Below are positions 60,685 to 64,000 of a stretch of 64,000 nucleotides of DNA, piece by piece. Location: NCBI GenBank assembly GCA_038087875.1, contig CM075988.1, positions 20,338,001-20,402,000 of the forward strand, in the 5' to 3' direction. Origin of the DNA: Malacoraja senta (Eukaryota). The notes beneath the pieces are model-generated. The model searched no databases and was not told the origin of the DNA. It saw only the letters and a list, made by a program, of their open reading frames with translations. Position 1 is the stretch's first letter. Every line of letters starts with the position of its first letter. The translations under genes were made by a program, and so were the position numbers.

Positions 60685-60960
60685 TTTAGTTTAGAGATAC
60701 AGCATGGAAACAGATCCTTTGGTCCATGAAGACTGTGCCGATTAGTGATCACCCTCATACCCTAGCACTATCCTACACATTCGGGACAATTTACAGAAGC
60801 CAATTAACCTACAAACCTGCACGTCGTTGGTATGTGAGAGGAAACCAGAGCACCTGGAGGAAACCCACTCGGTCACTAGGAGACAGCACCAGCAGTCAGG
60901 ATCGAACCCGGGTCTCTGGCGCTGCAAGGCAGCAACTCTACCGCTGCGCCACCGTGCCGC
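60685..60960 (-). mobile_element. HE1-type V-SINE
   Basis: ggatcgaacccgggtctctggcgctgcaaggcagcaactctaccgctgcgccaccgtgccgc head. Confidence 0.88.
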
Positions 60961-61439
60961 TCCCATGTGCAGTACCAAATAGTTACCCACCAAGGTCAAT
61001 CACATGCTGCCAGTCATTTCAAAGCATTGTGGCATTAAGTTGGTTCCCATTGGATGGTATCACAATTCCAAAGGAGATGCAGGTGTTTAGCCTTAGTACA
61101 GCTGCAATTCCAGCAGTTCCACACAATCGTTGTCAGCCAAGGCAATTCCTGACTGTCTGAATCTGCGTGCCAAAGCTGTCAGTTCACCTGGCTTCTTCTT
61201 TCCCCAGCGGAACACAGCGGTGGGAGTCCATCCTTGCCGGATTCCTTACACTGCACGGATGTTGCCTCACATTCCACCAACAGCGATCGGAGACAAGAGG
61301 GAGATATGCTGCTTTCAAAATTACTTTGCTTCAGTTTAATGTTTTTAATTGGTCTTTTCAGTTAGTTTTGTTTTCAAAGGCCAACTGGTAGAGATGCTGC
61401 CTCACAGCGTCAGAGACCCGGGTACCATCTCGACCTTGG

Positions 61440-61735
61440 GTTAGTTTAGTTTAGAGGTATAACACGGAAACAATCCCTCCAGTTCTCACTAGTTCTATGT
61501 TATCCCACTTTCGCATCCACTCCCTACACATTTGTGGAGATTTGCAGAGGGCCAATTAACCTTCAAACCTGCACGTCGTTGGTATTTGAGGGGAAACCGG
61601 AGCACCCGGAGAAAACCCACGCGGTCACAATGAGATCATGCAAACTCCACACAGACAATACCCTTGGTCAGTATTGAACCGGGGGTCTCTGGCGCTGTGA
61701 GGCAGCATCTCTACCAGGTGTGCCACTGTGCCAGT
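61440..61735 (-). mobile_element. HE1-related V-SINE, preceded by a plus-strand SINE head (about 61385-61440)
   Basis: Antisense V-domain ggaaaccggagcacccggagaaaacccacgcggtcac. Confidence 0.8.
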
Positions 61736-62139
61736 TAGCCTTTCTTAACAAAAGACATTAAAACATTTATCTTCTTAACTATTAATCATGTGAAAGTTAA
61801 GAGAGATTTCTAAACCATTAGGAATCGCTCACAGGTTTTGTAGATGGCAAATTGCCAACGTCAGATTTGCCTGCGGCCGATGGTTTCTCAGGGCAAGGAT
61901 CATCGAAGCCGTTTCAGAGCTCCCTATGCCTCTCACGTTAGGCTGCTGGAGTCAGAGAGGCTGGCGCTCCGTGCCAAGCCCAGGTGAGAGTGAGTGTGGC
62001 CGAGAACGGGTGTCAATTCTGGGTGGGTAGACTGGGCCAGCCATTATTAATGCAGAGCATGAGTCAACCACTGCTGGCAGTATTGTTCGATGCAATGTTA
62101 AAAGGCTCCCTTTCAAAAACCTGTCTGTGTGTTTATATA

Positions 62140-62610
62140 GAACATAGAGTACAGCGCGACAGTACAGACCCTTTTGGCCCACGATGCCCATACTAATCAT
62201 GATGCCGAGACCCTTATCAGCCTACACATAACCCAGATCTCTCTGTTCCCTGCATATCTATATCCCTATCCCAAAGTATCTTGATTGCACCTCTTATATC
62301 TGCCTCCACCACCACCCCTGGCAGCAATTTCCAGGCATCCCCTGAATAAAGAACCTTGCCCTGCACATCTCCTTTAAACTTTGCCCCTCTCAATTTAAAG
62401 CTATGGCCTCTAGTATTTGATATTTCCATCCTGAGAAAAAGGTTCTGACTGTCTACCTCATCTGCGCCTCTCGTAATTTTATGTACTCTTGTAATCCAGG
62501 CAGCATTATAGTAAACATCCTTTGCACACTTTCCAAAGCCGTCTCATCCGTCTTGTAATGGGGGAGAGCAGAACTGCACGCAATACTTCAAATGCGGCCT
62601 CACCAAAGCA
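62140..62610 (-). mobile_element. CR1 LINE 3' fragment
   Basis: ORF 62217..62429 minus NTRGHSFKLRGAKFKGDVQGK...AWKLLPGVVVEA. Confidence 0.85.
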
Positions 62611-63164
62611 TAGACTGCTGGAGCGTGTCATGAGGCTGGATGACCAAGGGGACAGTGAAGAAATGCGGGGTGAATTAATTTGGAACAATCGTAACTAAAT
62701 AACTAGATGGTGGTCAGGAATAGGTCCATAAATCCTTGTAAGTGGCTGCAGAGGGAGCAGCAAGGAAAGCAAATGTGATCCTGGGATTTATAAATAGAGG
62801 CATTGAGTACAACAGCAGGAAGCTTATGTTGAACCTGGTTGTGCTCAATGTAAGTAACTCACAAAATGTTTAGAAGGATATGATCCAGGCATGGGCGAAT
62901 GGTTTGGAAGAGGCATCTTGGTCGGCAGGGATATGTTGGGCTGCCAGCCTTATTTGGTTCTGGCCTTCTCTATCTTTCAGTCTGTAGCCTCCTTTTGCTC
63001 TGGTATATTATTTCGTTCTTCACATTTAAATTATAATGTTTTATTTTTAATTGTCTACTGTATATCGTGTTGTTACTTGCGAGCAAATAAACCAAGGCAA
63101 GTTTCTTGTATGTATACATATTTGGCTATTAAAATGTATTCAATTTCAATTCAAGATGGGTTGG

Positions 63165-63482
63165 CAGCACCGTGGTGTAACGGTGGAGTTGCTGCCTTAC
63201 AGCACCAGAGACCTGGGTTCGATCCTGACTATGGGTGCTGTCTGTACAGAGTTTGTACGTTCTCCCCGTGACCTGCATGGATTTTCTCCGAGATCTTCAG
63301 TTTCCTCCCCCACACCAAAAATGTACAGGTTTGTAGGTTAATTGGCTTGTTACAAATGTAAATTGACCCTAGTGTGTGTAGGATAGTGTAAGTGTGTGGG
63401 GATCATTGGTCGGCGCGGACTCAGTGGGCTGAAGGCCCTGTTTTCGTGCTGTATCTCTAAACTAAACTAAACCAAACTAAAC
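63165..63482 (+). mobile_element. HE1-type V-SINE, full length, followed by a Penelope pLTR (about 63482-63610)
   Basis: Head, V-domain, CR1-like tail and (CTAAA)n, then ctgaagaagggttctgacccaaaac. Confidence 0.9.
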
Positions 63483-64000
63483 TGAAGAAGGGTTCTGACC
63501 CAAAACATCATCTATCCCTTTTCTCAGAGATGCTGCCTGAACCGCTGAGTTACTCCAGCATTTTGTGTCTATCTGGTATAAACCAGTGTCTGCAGTTCCT
63601 TCCTACACATTTTTTCACAGTTGGTCATTGTTTGTTTCTAACAATCTCCTCTGAAATAACTCAGCAATTGACCAAGTTCAAGGAGAGTTGGGTTAGTCAA
63701 TAAAAGCTGATTTACTGATGCCTAGATCTGATGAAGACAAAGTAACTTTAGTTATGCATCACGGTTACAGATAGAGAGTCTCGTCCTATTCTTGGGCAAT
63801 GAATATGACAAGGAGTGGAAGTATGGGATGAATCATACAATATTCAAGCTTTACCTTTGTTAATTGTTTAATCAATCAATGGTACTTATGGTGACATGTA
63901 CCCAGGTGCAGTGAAGTTCCTTTTTTATAGTTCAGTAAAAATCTTCATATAAATAGGCACAATTATACTCAAGTACAGGACTGTAGTTCAAGTTTGTTAC

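Noticed and set aside
61844..61983. Plus-strand exon candidate (ttttgtag|ATGG...CAG|GTGAGA)
   Set aside because: Splice-like signals only; the peptides are unrecognisable and nothing else supports it.
63165..63240. SINE heads as tRNA genes
   Set aside because: A/B boxes are present but there is no full cloverleaf, and each head continues into the V-domain and LINE-like tail.

Overview
Repeat-dense, non-coding vertebrate DNA, most likely intronic or intergenic. The repeat families (HE1-type V-SINEs, SacSINE1-like Deu-SINEs, HER1/CR1 LINEs) point to a cartilaginous fish, probably a skate or ray; this is inference. No host protein-coding gene could be identified, and all recognisable long ORFs belong to retrotransposons: two 5'-truncated Rex1/Babar-type LINEs, many CR1 fragments, Penelope GIY-YIG fragments and one HERO-like fragment. 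DNA transposons are six PIF/Harbinger-type MITEs and one complete 1.4-kb non-autonomous Helitron. The most striking signal is that three mobile elements carry apparent self-cleaving RNA motifs. (i) A ~138-nt SINE-like element (57668-58043, minus) whose first 54 nt fold as a minimal HDV/CPEB3-like ribozyme, with the cleavage site exactly at the TSD-defined 5' end. (ii) A HERO-like 3' UTR (5020-5098) containing hammerhead core motifs and stems in a non-circularly permuted order. (iii) Penelope pseudo-LTRs with minimal, dimer-type hammerhead motifs; one of these sits as a young fold-back insertion with a 16-bp TSD inside element (i). Family names come from pattern recognition, not database searches. 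Boundaries of old repeats are approximate (about +/-10-30 bp); boundaries defined by TSDs, TIRs or termini were read base by base.
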